From a virus, in the IMG/VR virus record IMGVR_UViG_3300031687_000007, positions 3,826-67,825 of that record: DNA of 64,000 nt, one strand, 5' to 3'. The position numbers were made by a program, and so were the translations under genes. Shown in pieces: positions 1 to 11,041 of the stretch (position 1 is the first letter of the stretch; every line of letters starts with the position of its first letter). Below the pieces are notes generated by a model, which worked only from the letters and a program-made list of their open reading frames with translations, ran no database searches and was not told the origin of the DNA.

Positions 1-1442
1 GTATCATTAAGAACCAACCTACTCTTGAGGTATGTGACCTGGATGATGTTGTACTAGACCCGACCTGTAAGGGTGATCTTGATAAGGCACAGTTCTTAAT
101 CTATCGCTTTAGCACGGACTTGTCTGAGCTTAAGCAGGATGGTCGTTATACAAACCTTGATAAGATTAATATTACTGGTCACTCTGTACTAGCTGAACCA
201 GACTATAGTGGTAACTCTGATGACACAGACTTTTCCTTTAAGGATAAGCCTCGTCAGAAGTTCGTAGCATATGAGTACTGGGGCTACTGGGATATCAACA
301 ACACTGGTATCGTAGAACCTATTGTTGCCACCTATGTTGGTGAGACAATGATCCGTATGGAAGAGAACCCATACCCGGACAAGAAGATTCCTTTTGTTAT
401 GGCTCAGATGTTGCCTAAGCGTAACTCAAGCTATGGTGAGCCAGATGGTGCACTACTAGAAGATAACCAAAAAATAGTAGGTGCAGTAACTCGCGGTATG
501 ATTGATATCATGGGTCGTTCTGCTAATGGTCAGTTAGGTATCCGTAAAGATGCATTGGATGTTACCAACAGACGTAAGTACGAGAAGGGCTTGGACTATG
601 AGTTCAATGCCACTGTAGATCCACGACAAGCATTCCATATGGGCTCTTATCCAGAGATACCTAAGTCAGCTGAAGTAATGCTAGGCTTACAGAACCAGGA
701 AGCAGAATCTCTAACAGGTGTTAAAGCTTTCTCTTCAGGTCTATCTGGACAGGCACTTGGATCAACAGCTACAGGTATTCGAGGCACATTAGATGCCACA
801 AGTAAGCGAGAGTTAGGTATACTCCGACGCTTATCTACATGTATTAGTGAAGCTGGTCGTAAGATTCTAGCTATGAACGCTGTATTCCTTTCTGAGGAAG
901 AGACAGTACGTATCACTAACGAAGAGTTTGTACAGGTACGTAGAGATGACCTATCAGGTAACTTTGACCTTAAGTTAAGTATCTCCACTGCAGAGACAGA
1001 TAACGAGAAAGCTCAGGAACTAGCATTTATGCTACAGACCATGGGTAACTCAATGGATCCTTCAATGGGTCAGATGTTGTTAGAAGAGATTGCCATGCTT
1101 CGTAAGATGCCAACACTTGCTAAGAAGATCAAAGAGTATCAACCACAGCCTGATCCAATACAGCAGGAGAAAGCACAGTTGGAGCTTGAACTCCTTAAGG
1201 CTCAGATATTTAATGAGCAAGCTAAGGGTGCAGAGAACCAAGTTGATGTTCAGCTTAAACAGGCTAAGACTCGTAACTTAGAGAGTAAGTCTGATAGCGA
1301 AGACCTAACGTTCTTAGAGCGTGAGTCTGGTGCTGACATGGATAAGGAAATGCAGAAGAAAGATTTTGATAGACGATCTGCTCTTGATTTAAAGGCAGCA
1401 GACAGTATGTTAAAAAAAGACGAGACACCTAAGTCTCAATAA
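1..1442 (+). CDS. Portal protein (N4 gp59-like), 5'-truncated by the window edge
   Basis: Frame is open from position 3 ([12 protein letters not shown]...). Motifs [20 protein letters not shown] and [11 protein letters not shown] resemble N4-like portals. Lies upstream of the capsid genes. Confidence 0.9.
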   Translation, partial: IIKNQPTLEVCDLDDVVLDPTCKGDLDKAQFLIYRFSTDLSELKQDGRYTNLDKINITGHSVLAEPDYSGNSDDTDFSFKDKPRQKFVAYEYWGYWDINNTGIVEPIVATYVGETMIRMEENPYPDKKIPFVMAQMLPKRNSSYGEPDGALLEDNQKIVGAVTRGMIDIMGRSANGQLGIRKDALDVTNRRKYEKGLDYEFNATVDPRQAFHMGSYPEIPKSAEVMLGLQNQEAESLTGVKAFSSGLSGQALGSTATGIRGTLDATSKRELGILRRLSTCISEAGRKILAMNAVFLSEEETVRITNEEFVQVRRDDLSGNFDLKLSISTAETDNEKAQELAFMLQTMGNSMDPSMGQMLLEEIAMLRKMPTLAKKIKEYQPQPDPIQQEKAQLELELLKAQIFNEQAKGAENQVDVQLKQAKTRNLESKSDSEDLTFLERESGADMDKEMQKKDFDRRSALDLKAADSMLKKDETPKSQ

Positions 1443-1495
1443 CCTAAACCAAGATAACCTACAGGTAAAGCTGGGGGACACGAAGGTATATAGCA

Positions 1496-1828
1496 ATGAA
1501 TGAAATCGAGCAGATTGAAGTAAGTATTGAAGCAGCACGTAAGGATGTTGATAAGATGGAGTCGTTACTACGACTTGTATCTAATAAAGATTTTATAGAC
1601 GTCATAGATGAAGGTTACTTCATGGATGAGGCAAGCAGGTTAGTTATCCTGAAGGCAGATCCCTCTATGGCAGATGATGGTTCACAGAAGATCATTGACC
1701 ACGGCATTATTGCCATTGGCAATGTGCGTCAGTACCTGCAGAAGGTTATGCAAGTAGGTCGTATGGCTCAACAAGGTATTAAGGAAGACGAAGAAACTCG
1801 TCAAGAATTACTAGCAGAGGAGTTGTAA
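1496..1828 (+). CDS. Conserved N4-like hypothetical protein (gp58-like)
   Basis: 110-aa helical ORF between the portal and the gp57-like gene, as in N4 synteny. Confidence 0.7.
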   Translation: MNEIEQIEVSIEAARKDVDKMESLLRLVSNKDFIDVIDEGYFMDEASRLVILKADPSMADDGSQKIIDHGIIAIGNVRQYLQKVMQVGRMAQQGIKEDEETRQELLAEEL

Positions 1829-1829
1829 T

Positions 1830-3029
1830 ATGACTGCTATTAATCCACTAGACCTTCCTGATGATGAGATCAACGATGCCATCTCTACTGAACTGGCTCG
1901 ACTAGATGAAGAAGAGGCTAGCGCCTCTCCTGATGTAGAAGATGACGTAGTAGAGTCAGATGACGAAACCGTAGATGATGATGAAGCAGATGATGATGAA
2001 ACTACGGATGAAGACGCTGATGAAGATTCTGAAGATAAAGAATCTGATCAAGACTCTGATGACGACTCTGAGGACGCAGACGATGCGACTGAAGGTGATT
2101 CTGATGACAAGTCTGACGATGATGACGATAAGGATGAAGATCCTTCAGAGGACACTACAGAGGCTTCTAAGGAAGCTGACGTTGACTCTAAAGAAGAAAT
2201 AGACTATAAAGTCCAGTATGAAGCCTTACTTAGCTCTTTCAAGGCTAATGGTAAGGAAATGAAGGTTGATACTGTAGAAGATGCTCGTGATCTGATGAAG
2301 ATGGGTGCTAACTACAATAAGAAGATGGCTGCTATTAAGCCCAACCTTAAAGTCATGAAGATGTTGGATAACCATGGCTTGCTGGACGAAGAAAAACTTA
2401 GCTACTTGATTGATCTTAGTAAAAAAGATCCTGAGGCAATCAAGAAGCTTGTGAAGGATAGTGGAATGGATCCACTAGATATAGACACTGACAATATTGC
2501 TTATACACCAAAAGCTTACACTGTCTCCGATAGCGAAGTAGCTCTAGATGGAATACTCGATGACATTCGAGACACAGAATCTTTCAATGCTACTATCGAC
2601 ATCATTGGCAACAAGTGGGACGAAGCGTCCAAAGACACCATCGCTAAAGATCCTAGTATCATTAAGGTCATTAACGAGCATGTCGCATCAGGTATATATA
2701 AGCAGGTCAGCGAAGTTGTAGAACGGGAGCGAATTTTAGGAAGACTTAATGGTCTTTCTGATATTGAGGCTTATAAACAGATAGGCGATGCGATCAATGC
2801 TAAAGGAGGTTTCGGTGACCCCGTACAGGACACCAAGACTAATCCGACTAGTACATCCAAATCAAATAATGTTAATAAGACAAACAATCCTGTAGATCCA
2901 AAGCTTAAAGATAAACGGCGAGCAGCGGGTTCTGCAAAAAGTAAGCCTAGTAAGGCTAAACCTGAATTTGACGTTCTCAATATGAGTGACGAAGAGTTCG
3001 AGAAGATGTCTTCTAGTAAGTTTGTTTAA
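1830..3029 (+). CDS. N4 gp57-like protein (probable scaffold; often annotated tape measure)
   Basis: Very acidic D/E N-terminal half and FKANGKE...LMKMGANY motif. Directly precedes the major capsid gene. Confidence 0.75.
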   Translation: MTAINPLDLPDDEINDAISTELARLDEEEASASPDVEDDVVESDDETVDDDEADDDETTDEDADEDSEDKESDQDSDDDSEDADDATEGDSDDKSDDDDDKDEDPSEDTTEASKEADVDSKEEIDYKVQYEALLSSFKANGKEMKVDTVEDARDLMKMGANYNKKMAAIKPNLKVMKMLDNHGLLDEEKLSYLIDLSKKDPEAIKKLVKDSGMDPLDIDTDNIAYTPKAYTVSDSEVALDGILDDIRDTESFNATIDIIGNKWDEASKDTIAKDPSIIKVINEHVASGIYKQVSEVVERERILGRLNGLSDIEAYKQIGDAINAKGGFGDPVQDTKTNPTSTSKSNNVNKTNNPVDPKLKDKRRAAGSAKSKPSKAKPEFDVLNMSDEEFEKMSSSKFV

Positions 3030-3062
3030 ACTAATATTATTTAATTATTAAGGTGTATTATT

Positions 3063-4241
3063 ATGACTGCAAAGTATAACGACCCAGCTGGCGGCACAGC
3101 CTCTACTGTAGGTTCACAGTTACGTACTGATTACTTCCACAAGAAAGCTCTTGTAGAAGCGGCAAAAGAAAGTTTCTTCGGTCAGTTGGCTGATGTTACT
3201 GCTATGCCTAAGAACATGGGTAAAACCATTAAGCGTTTCCATTACCTACCTATCCTTGATGATCGTAACATCAACGATCAAGGTATCGACGCATCTGGTG
3301 CAACAATCTCTAACGGTAACCTATATGGTTCATCTAAAGACGTTGGTGTTATCGCTGCTAAGATTCCTGCTCTGTCTGAAGCTGGTGGTCGTGTTAACCG
3401 TGTTGGCATGAAGCGTATCGAACTTGAAGGTTCTATCGAGAAGTTTGGTTTCTTCGATGAGTACTCTCAAGAGTCTTTGGACTTCGATTCTGATTCTGAG
3501 TTACTTCAGCACATCACTACTGAGTCTGTGAAGGCTGCTAACGAGATGACTGAAGATCAACTTCAGGTAGACTTGTTGAACGGTGCTGGTGTTGTACGTC
3601 TAACTGGCGTAGCAACTACTGCTGCTGAGTTGTCTGGTGAAACCGGTGCAATCTCTGCTGTAACTTATGACGACTTGGTTAAGTTGAACATTGAGTTGAA
3701 CAACAACCGTACACCTAAGCAAACCAAAGTAATCTCTGGTTCGCGTATGGTAGATACCAAAGTGGTTAACGCTGCTCGTATCATGTACGTTGGTTCTGAA
3801 ATGATCCCTGCGATCATGAAGATGACTGACTACCACGGCAACAAGGCGTTTATCCCATTAGCTCAGTATGCACAAGCTGGTAGTGTGATTCGTGGTGAGA
3901 TTGGTTCTGTAGACAGCTTCCGCATCGTTGAAGTTCCTGAGATGATGAAGTGGGCTGGTGCTGGTGCTGCTGAATCAGCTAACGCTGGTTACTACGCTAC
4001 TGGCGGTAACTACGACGTATTCCCAATGATGGTTGTTGGTGACGGCGCATTTACTACTATCGGTTTCCAAACTGATGGCAAGACTGTTAAGTTTAAGATC
4101 AAGCACGTACGTCCTAGTGAGAACCATAGTTCTACTGACCCGTATGGCGAGACTGGCTTCTACAGCATCAAGTGGTACTACGGTACTATGTTGCTACGTA
4201 CAGAGCGTTTAGCTGTAATCAAGACTGTTGCTGAAATCTAA
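3063..4241 (+). CDS. Major capsid protein (N4 gp56-like)
   Basis: Motifs YNDP, MPKNMGKTIK..YLPILDDRNINDQGIDA and DPYGETGFYSIKWYYG. Codon usage looks highly expressed. A terminator follows. Confidence 0.95.
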   Translation: MTAKYNDPAGGTASTVGSQLRTDYFHKKALVEAAKESFFGQLADVTAMPKNMGKTIKRFHYLPILDDRNINDQGIDASGATISNGNLYGSSKDVGVIAAKIPALSEAGGRVNRVGMKRIELEGSIEKFGFFDEYSQESLDFDSDSELLQHITTESVKAANEMTEDQLQVDLLNGAGVVRLTGVATTAAELSGETGAISAVTYDDLVKLNIELNNNRTPKQTKVISGSRMVDTKVVNAARIMYVGSEMIPAIMKMTDYHGNKAFIPLAQYAQAGSVIRGEIGSVDSFRIVEVPEMMKWAGAGAAESANAGYYATGGNYDVFPMMVVGDGAFTTIGFQTDGKTVKFKIKHVRPSENHSSTDPYGETGFYSIKWYYGTMLLRTERLAVIKTVAEI

Positions 4242-4257
4242 GCAATAGTTTTATAAT
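4228..4257 (+). promoter_or_regulatory. Putative sigma70-type late promoter
   Basis: TTGCTG-N18-TATAAT immediately before the terminator hairpin. Confidence 0.45.
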
Positions 4258-4285
4258 AAGGCCTCTCCTTCGGGGGAGGCTTTTT
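4258..4285 (+). terminator. Intrinsic terminator after the major capsid gene
   Basis: GCCTCTCC-TTCG-GGGGAGGC followed by TTTTT; cUUCGg tetraloop. Confidence 0.9.
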
Positions 4286-4327
4286 CACATATAGAGGCGA
4301 TCACCCTCTTCAAAAGGTAGAAGTAAA

Positions 4328-4906
4328 ATGAACGATGAAATTACACAAGAAGTAGAAGTAGATGAAGTAGAAGAGAACGCAATTCCTAGTGAGTTGGACT
4401 CCCTACGAGCACGTGCAGACCAGATGGGTGTTACTTACCGTCATAATACTGGAGTAGATAAACTCCGTAAGTTAGTAAACAAAGCTCTAGAACCTGAGGA
4501 AGAAGATGAGGAAGTTGAAGTTAAGGCTGCCCCAACATCTCAAGGTGCTATTTTAGCTGCAAAACGTAAAGAAGCTTCAAAGCTTGTACGTATCCGAATT
4601 ACATGTATGAACCCTAACAAGAAGAACTGGGAAGGTGAAATCTTCTCCATTGGCTCTTCTAAGCTGGGTACATTTAAGAAGTTTGTACCATTTGATTCAA
4701 TTGATGGATGGCATGTACCACACATCATCTACAATATGATCAAAGATCGTAAATGTTCTGTGTTTTATAATGCTAAGACACCTAATGGACAAAAGATCCG
4801 TAAGAGTAAGTTGGTACCAGAGTTTAGTATTGAAGTTCTGGATCCATTAAACGAGGCAGAGTTACGTAATTTGTCTCGTCAGCAAGCACTAGTAAACGAT
4901 GAATAA
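4328..4906 (+). CDS. N4 gp55-like protein
   Basis: LRARADQMGVTY and KLVRIRITCMNPNKK motifs; synteny. Confidence 0.75.
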   Translation: MNDEITQEVEVDEVEENAIPSELDSLRARADQMGVTYRHNTGVDKLRKLVNKALEPEEEDEEVEVKAAPTSQGAILAAKRKEASKLVRIRITCMNPNKKNWEGEIFSIGSSKLGTFKKFVPFDSIDGWHVPHIIYNMIKDRKCSVFYNAKTPNGQKIRKSKLVPEFSIEVLDPLNEAELRNLSRQQALVNDE

Positions 4907-4915
4907 GGAATAGCT

Positions 4916-5218
4916 ATGTATACCGTTGGATCTACTGTTACATTTACAATTACCCGGCCTCAGTTAAAAGCTGGAGAAGTAGCTGCAGATGCTATCAGCG
5001 TTCGTGCAGTGGATCCTGACGGTATCTTTAGTAGCATCGCCCTAACAGGTGATGTTTCTCCTACTATCGCTGTAGCAGGCCAGATTACATTCTCTGACTT
5101 GCTCAACAAGAAAGGTGTATGGCGTTATGAAGTATTGACCTCATCTAATGTGGCTCATGTGATTAACGTCAACGCTGTCTCTACAGAGACTGCCTACACT
5201 TCTACTGTTAAATTTTAA
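4916..5218 (+). CDS. Small beta-rich (Ig-like) protein, possibly structural
   Basis: 100 aa with AAGGA RBS, alternating beta pattern and GVWRYEV strand. Confidence 0.55.
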   Translation: MYTVGSTVTFTITRPQLKAGEVAADAISVRAVDPDGIFSSIALTGDVSPTIAVAGQITFSDLLNKKGVWRYEVLTSSNVAHVINVNAVSTETAYTSTVKF

Positions 5219-5227
5219 GGTATTAAC

Positions 5228-6181
5228 ATGACAGACATTACCGTAGGTAGCGTAACAGACGGCACGATCAATGGTGACGGTGTATTCGACAAGTTAATGA
5301 AGTCGGTTACATCACATCTAGATGATCAGTACTCTAAGGGTCGTATCAAAGGTGCAGACTACGCTAATGTCTATTTAGGATCTATTCAATCTGCTATGCA
5401 ACACTCCGTTACATTTGTAATGGGTGAGCAAGAAGCAGAGAAGCGGGTTGAGCTATTAGCCGCTCAAATTGTAGAGCAAACAAGTGGCACTTCACGAGCT
5501 ATTGACCAGTTAAATGATGTTATTTTATCTGGTGAGAAGCAACGCGAAGAGATTAACTCTCGTATTGTGTTAGTCAATACTCAGGTTCAAGAACAGCTTG
5601 CTTCGACCAAGCGTACTGATGTCCAGTTAGATGATGCGTTGGATAATAGTCTTAAACAACGTCAACACGTAGATGAGCAAATCAGCTTGATCCATGTGCA
5701 AATGGCTGAGACTATTGATGGTACTGAGCGAGCTAAAGAACAACTACTAGATGGTCTTGTAACGACTTCTAAGCAACGTGACCAGATGACTAGTGCTATT
5801 GCATTGTCTGAGGTACAAACCCTTGAGGTGACTGCTGGAACCACACGTTCAGATACTACATCTACCCAAGATAACCTGGTTAAAGCCTCACAGATCCTTA
5901 AGTTTGGTAGTGAGAAGACTCTACTAGATAACAAGGGTGCAACTGAGCTTGAGCAGTCTATCTTAGTTACTAAGCAGCAGGCACTGTATGAAGCTCAGAA
6001 GAATGGCTTTGCACGTGACTCTGAACAGAAAGCAGCTAAGTTGGTTAGTGATATCTGGCAGATTGCTAAGGGTACTGATCCAAACGGGTATGTTATCCCA
6101 GTTACTGAGACTGAGATTGGTAATGTACTTCGTAACGCAGTAAAAGGTGCTGGACTAGAATACTCTACTCTAACACCATAA
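5228..6181 (+). CDS. N4 gp54-like virion structural protein
   Basis: GDGVFDKLM..HLDDQYSKGRIKGADYANVY N-terminus and F.RDSEQKAAK C-terminus. Confidence 0.8.
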   Translation: MTDITVGSVTDGTINGDGVFDKLMKSVTSHLDDQYSKGRIKGADYANVYLGSIQSAMQHSVTFVMGEQEAEKRVELLAAQIVEQTSGTSRAIDQLNDVILSGEKQREEINSRIVLVNTQVQEQLASTKRTDVQLDDALDNSLKQRQHVDEQISLIHVQMAETIDGTERAKEQLLDGLVTTSKQRDQMTSAIALSEVQTLEVTAGTTRSDTTSTQDNLVKASQILKFGSEKTLLDNKGATELEQSILVTKQQALYEAQKNGFARDSEQKAAKLVSDIWQIAKGTDPNGYVIPVTETEIGNVLRNAVKGAGLEYSTLTP

Positions 6182-6192
6182 TGGAGCAGTAG

Positions 6193-8235
6193 ATGGGTTG
6201 GCATCGGGCAGCAAGAGCACACACCTCCCCTGTATTTGGGGAGATGGAAGATACAATACCCACTGTACAAGCAGCAGTAATGACTGCTTCTAAGCGAGGA
6301 CTCTCTGCATCCGAAGCTATCAAGATCGCATTGATCAGTAATAGATATACTGCTGCCTCTAATTACTTAAACAATGCTAAGTCCTCTTACGTACACAAAC
6401 TACCTACTGTCACACAGACTAGTCCATTACGAGATGAGACCTATATAACAGGTCTGGCATTTCCAGATGGCGTACCTAATATCACAGGCACATCATTCTC
6501 CAGTCCTACAGCTATGGATCAGATTGACGAGGTCAACTCCCCTACAGTAACTTACGATGCATCTACCCACTCATATGCTTACTCATTATCAGGTGTATGG
6601 TTCACCAAGGTATTCAGTAGTGCTACCTACGTGGATGACACTACATATACATATACAGAGACTATCTTAGACGATCTGGACGCATTTGTTAGCTCATCTG
6701 TGTTGGTAGCCAATAGAACTGTAGGGCCCAATACACAGGTACTTAGGTATTCTTACCTCCACCTGGGACTAACTAAAATAAAGTTATACTCCCCGGCTAT
6801 GGAAGATACTCACCTATTCCATGACATATTTAGTACTTACCAGAACTCTGAGGACTTTGTAGCATTCCCTATCTACCCACTTATGTTGGATAGTGTTTAC
6901 ATTGACCATCCCTCTCGTAAGGAAGAATTTGATGACGCAAAACACTTACTTAAGAGTGTTAGCTTCCCTATTGAGAGTGTGTTTGCCCAGATGAAGGAAG
7001 GTGTACCTACTAACGTGGGTAATGAGGAAGACCGTATTACAGACATCTTCCTTATGAATGCTATAAACATTCACTCACCTACCCAAGCAGCTAAAGCTTA
7101 TTTATTTGAGTTCTTTGATGCTATCTACTTGAACCATGTAGATCCAAGTACAGGTAATGTGTCTTGGAACCAGAACAACTACACAGTCAATATTTCTGAG
7201 AGTGATTACAACTTCAAGCTACAGTTCAACTCTATTACTAGTAGCAATGTTGTTGGATCACGTACTGATTACGGTAGCCTCATAGTTGATGGAGAAGAGT
7301 TCGATGTATCACTTGGTGGATATGGTGCCCTTAACTTAGATATACCTAGCGGTTCGTTAACACTGTATGCACCTAGTGCTTCAGGGGTGAATACTTACCG
7401 TAGATTAGTCATAACCGGTTTGATAGCACACACAGTCATAGATTACCCCTCAGGAGTAACTACGTCCGTTGCTATCAATGTTAACTCTGATCCAGATTCG
7501 TTAGATCACTCTAACTTCTGTATTCCATTAATATTGGGTGTAGTGTCACAGCTTCCTACGTTAGCACTAAAAGAACAGGTGTTCCTTGAGAGCTATGTGG
7601 TAGTTAGCCACTCACAACATGAGTATTACTTAAAGTGGTATCAGGAAGTCTGGAGGGCTATTAAGAAGTTCGTGATCATTGCTATATCGGTACTGATCAT
7701 GATGTTTGTTCGTGGATCTGAGATAACCATGGCAGCGTTCTTATCAGCATTCCTGACTGCAGTTGCCTACAGCTTTGCATTAGAGCAGATACTTGCAGGT
7801 ATAGACGATCCATTCCTTAGGGCAGCAATATCACTTGCCCTTGCTTACGTAACAGGTGGCACTGATGGATTCTCCTTTGATACATTCACACTGTCTGACC
7901 CATCCACACTAATAGCTACTGTAGGGGCCGTTGGTGATGCTTACATGGGTCATCAAGCACAGATGATACAGCATGAGTCTCAGGACTTTATAACCAGTTC
8001 TGCAGAGCAGTGGAAGGATCTTGAAGAGAAGAGATCTATGTTAGAAGAGACTGATTTTAGTGAGCTTATGGTATCCACCATGATAACCTCGGTGAATACT
8101 TATGAGTCTCCTCTAACGTTCTATGCACGTACTTTAGATACTAATCCAGGTACAAGGGTGTATGACCAGTTAGAGTACTTCTACGACAACAAGATCGCAC
8201 TACCTAAGCTGGATCCGATGAGCGGAATTGGTTAA
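6193..8235 (+). CDS. N4 gp53-like virion protein with C-terminal hydrophobic segments
   Basis: 680 aa. KWYQ is followed by TM-like helices and ESP..FY.RTL near the end. Synteny. Confidence 0.65.
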   Translation: MGWHRAARAHTSPVFGEMEDTIPTVQAAVMTASKRGLSASEAIKIALISNRYTAASNYLNNAKSSYVHKLPTVTQTSPLRDETYITGLAFPDGVPNITGTSFSSPTAMDQIDEVNSPTVTYDASTHSYAYSLSGVWFTKVFSSATYVDDTTYTYTETILDDLDAFVSSSVLVANRTVGPNTQVLRYSYLHLGLTKIKLYSPAMEDTHLFHDIFSTYQNSEDFVAFPIYPLMLDSVYIDHPSRKEEFDDAKHLLKSVSFPIESVFAQMKEGVPTNVGNEEDRITDIFLMNAINIHSPTQAAKAYLFEFFDAIYLNHVDPSTGNVSWNQNNYTVNISESDYNFKLQFNSITSSNVVGSRTDYGSLIVDGEEFDVSLGGYGALNLDIPSGSLTLYAPSASGVNTYRRLVITGLIAHTVIDYPSGVTTSVAINVNSDPDSLDHSNFCIPLILGVVSQLPTLALKEQVFLESYVVVSHSQHEYYLKWYQEVWRAIKKFVIIAISVLIMMFVRGSEITMAAFLSAFLTAVAYSFALEQILAGIDDPFLRAAISLALAYVTGGTDGFSFDTFTLSDPSTLIATVGAVGDAYMGHQAQMIQHESQDFITSSAEQWKDLEEKRSMLEETDFSELMVSTMITSVNTYESPLTFYARTLDTNPGTRVYDQLEYFYDNKIALPKLDPMSGIG

Positions 8236-8238
8236 CTA

Positions 8239-8267
8239 TTCACTTAGTGGTTACAACAATGTAAACT
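8239..8267 (+). promoter_or_regulatory. Putative sigma70-type late promoter
   Basis: TTCACT-N17-TAAACT in the intergenic region upstream of the AGGAG RBS of 8298. Confidence 0.55.
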
Positions 8268-8297
8268 ACTATTAATTAAGATTTTAGGAGAAGTAAT

Positions 8298-8795
8298 ATG
8301 CCAGATCCATATGAAGTGGGGCAAGGTTTTCTACCAATGAACTCTGGCGTCTCAAAGACAGCTACAAACCCTATGACTAACTGGAAAATGCCTGATTATG
8401 GCAAGCAACCAGTATCATATGCGGAAATGACCAAGCAGAAGCTAGCTTCACAGACTCAAGCACCTTGGGCACCTGGAACTAATGCCAATACACCTAACAG
8501 TCTGGGTCAGACTACTAAGATGGGTTGGGGTGGTGCAGGTGGTTACTTTGATCTCGGTACACAAGCTGTAGGTGTCATTGGTAACCTAGCAATGGCTAAC
8601 AAGCAGAACCAGTTAGCTGCTAGTGATTTAGACTTTAGACGTAACTCGTTTGAGAAGCAGTACCAGTCTCAACGATCTCTAGTTAATGATGAGCTGTTTG
8701 ACCGTCAGCAGCGTCGTGAGCGTGAAGGTGGTATGAATGAAGAGCAAGCACGTGTTGCTGCTGATCAGTATGTTAAGAACCGTGGCGTTGCATAA
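8298..8795 (+). CDS. N4 gp52-like internal virion/ejection protein
   Basis: 165 aa, Gly/Gln-rich, no Cys; synteny. Confidence 0.65.
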   Translation: MPDPYEVGQGFLPMNSGVSKTATNPMTNWKMPDYGKQPVSYAEMTKQKLASQTQAPWAPGTNANTPNSLGQTTKMGWGGAGGYFDLGTQAVGVIGNLAMANKQNQLAASDLDFRRNSFEKQYQSQRSLVNDELFDRQQRREREGGMNEEQARVAADQYVKNRGVA

Positions 8796-8806
8796 GGAAT
8801 ATTAGA

Positions 8807-11011
8807 ATGGCTGCTCCTAGATGGACACAAATGCAGGCTCCAAGCTCTGCTACCTCAGTAAACGCTTTATCCTCTGCTGGAGACCTGTTTAATAAAGCTA
8901 TTGATCAGGCCCGTGGTGGTATTAAGTCGTACCAATCAGGAGTAGACGCTCGCCTTAAAGAAGACAGTGATGTAAACACTGCAGCTCTTCGTCGTCAGTT
9001 AGAAGGTGCTACCGACTTAGCGGGGCTTAATGCCATGCAAGGTGACATCTCTGCTACTGCCTTAGAGGGCTATGGTAAACGTATTGATGCAGATGCACTG
9101 CAAACCTCCTTTAATAAGGAACGTGGTGTGTTACGTGGTGCAAATGAGAACCAGTATAAGGAACAACTTGCCCTTGATCAGTTAGGTGTTACAGACACTG
9201 CAGGACAGGAATCCCTTATTGCAGGTCTTCGTGCACAACAAGCAGCCAATCCTTATATGGATCTAAGCTCTCAAATAAGCTCTGCCGGTGGACAACTTAA
9301 AAGTTACCAGGGTAAGGATCAACAGACTGCTGCTAATACAGAAATTGGTCTCATGCAGAGTACTAATGACATCGCAGCACTTGAGAGCCAGTTATCTGGA
9401 TTGGATAAGAGTAGTCCAGAGTACCTATCATTAGTAGATGCTATTAATAGTCGTAAAGGTGTTATATATAATGAGCAGCAGGGTAAGTTTGATCGTGATT
9501 TAGCAGAACAGATTACTGCAGCTGCTAATCAAGGACAGAGTGCTCTTAATGATCTCCGGGATAAAGTAACATCACCTGAGTATACTGCACAGTACGGCAC
9601 CCAAATTAATACTGGCAAGGTTGCAGGTATGTTTGAGGAAAGTACTAACCGTGCACTTGGTAAGACCCAAGATCGTTTGGTTGAAGAGTTCGAGAACAAT
9701 ACTCAAGCATTTAAGCAACAGAATATTACAGCTATGCAGACCGCTGTAGAGCGTGTTGAAGGTGCTAGTCAGTACGTTTCTATTGATAGTGCTGGTAACA
9801 TGACTATTGATCCTGCAACGCCTAATGACATGCGTAACAAGCTACAAGCAGCAGCTGAAGCACATGGCTTTGAGAAGGAACCAAGTACTCAAGATCGTGA
9901 GACTCGTTTTAAGAATCAGTTGAATGAACTTAATCTATCTACCACCACTAAGTCTGCATTGGTACAAGGTCGTGAAGCTCTTCGTACTGAATCCAATACA
10001 CTAAAAGGTGAGCATAAAGCCACGTATGATGGTCAAGTTAGTGCATCTGTTGCTACACGTACTATGGACACTGAGATTGCCCAGAATGCTTATGACAACA
10101 TTCTAGAGCACTCAGATTTTGCTAATGCGTATTCAGGTGCACTAGATAAGGCACAAACTGTAACTGATTTTGTTAAAGATACTCTTGATACCAACATGTT
10201 TCCTGACTTCCTGCAGTGGGATAATGGACAAGATGCGGTAGCTGATACTGTTAATAAGATTAGGTCAGGTGATTTACGCATCAAAGATGCTAGCGGCGCC
10301 TACATGGATGAGTCTCTAATATCTGACTTTATACTTAAGGCTAGTATTCAAGACTCTCTTCAAGGTAATTGGAAGGTAGACAATGAGGCTACTCTTATTG
10401 CCAATGTCGAGAAGAATATTTCAAAGAACTTGGCTGATACATCATTTCAACGTAAGTCTAATGCCTTTGTAAATCTGCAACAGACCAAGGCAACTGCTGA
10501 ACTTAATCACCAGTCTCGCATATCAGGTTATCTATCCACTGCTAGGAGAGACTCTGGTATTCGCAGTAACAAAGGTAACGCTCAACAACTAGCCTTCAGA
10601 AAGGCTATTGAAAAGGCTAAGGTTAAGACAGAAGGAAATACAGGTGGTGACGATTCTAAGGTAGTTGTACCTAAGGTTGCACCAGATACTGCTTCTATTG
10701 CGGAGTTGCGTAATAAGGTTAGCAGTCTACAAGATATTACAAAATCTGATCTTAAACCTATAGCAGCATTAGAAGCTTTTAAAGGGGCAGAAGTGGAGTT
10801 GAACAATGCAGTAGCTCTTGGTCATTTTAAGACAGAGGAAGCTCTTGTAAAGTTCTTCAATAAAGTTACTCGTAAAAACCAGTGGGGCAATATCCGAACT
10901 ATCGGTGGTGGGTTTGGTCGAGAGATTGATAATCTAAATATAAGTAGTGAAGATAAGGAGTCTATTGAGGACGCCTTCAAGCTGCGTATGAAGATTGCTA
11001 ATGACCGATGA
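8807..11011 (+). CDS. N4 gp51-like internal virion/ejection protein
   Basis: 734 aa, Ala/Gln-rich and helical, MAAPRW start. Immediately upstream of vRNAP. Confidence 0.65.
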   Translation: MAAPRWTQMQAPSSATSVNALSSAGDLFNKAIDQARGGIKSYQSGVDARLKEDSDVNTAALRRQLEGATDLAGLNAMQGDISATALEGYGKRIDADALQTSFNKERGVLRGANENQYKEQLALDQLGVTDTAGQESLIAGLRAQQAANPYMDLSSQISSAGGQLKSYQGKDQQTAANTEIGLMQSTNDIAALESQLSGLDKSSPEYLSLVDAINSRKGVIYNEQQGKFDRDLAEQITAAANQGQSALNDLRDKVTSPEYTAQYGTQINTGKVAGMFEESTNRALGKTQDRLVEEFENNTQAFKQQNITAMQTAVERVEGASQYVSIDSAGNMTIDPATPNDMRNKLQAAAEAHGFEKEPSTQDRETRFKNQLNELNLSTTTKSALVQGREALRTESNTLKGEHKATYDGQVSASVATRTMDTEIAQNAYDNILEHSDFANAYSGALDKAQTVTDFVKDTLDTNMFPDFLQWDNGQDAVADTVNKIRSGDLRIKDASGAYMDESLISDFILKASIQDSLQGNWKVDNEATLIANVEKNISKNLADTSFQRKSNAFVNLQQTKATAELNHQSRISGYLSTARRDSGIRSNKGNAQQLAFRKAIEKAKVKTEGNTGGDDSKVVVPKVAPDTASIAELRNKVSSLQDITKSDLKPIAALEAFKGAEVELNNAVALGHFKTEEALVKFFNKVTRKNQWGNIRTIGGGFGREIDNLNISSEDKESIEDAFKLRMKIANDR

Positions 11012-11012
11012 C

Positions 11013-11041
11013 TTGAGGTTGTAGTAATACTTGAGTAAACT
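11013..11041 (+). promoter_or_regulatory. Putative sigma70-type promoter for the vRNAP gene
   Basis: TTGAGG-N17-TAAACT. Confidence 0.5.

Noticed and set aside
1930-2200. GATGA/GAC-rich low-complexity repeat
   Set aside because: Explained by the poly-Asp/Glu coding sequence of the gp57-like protein.
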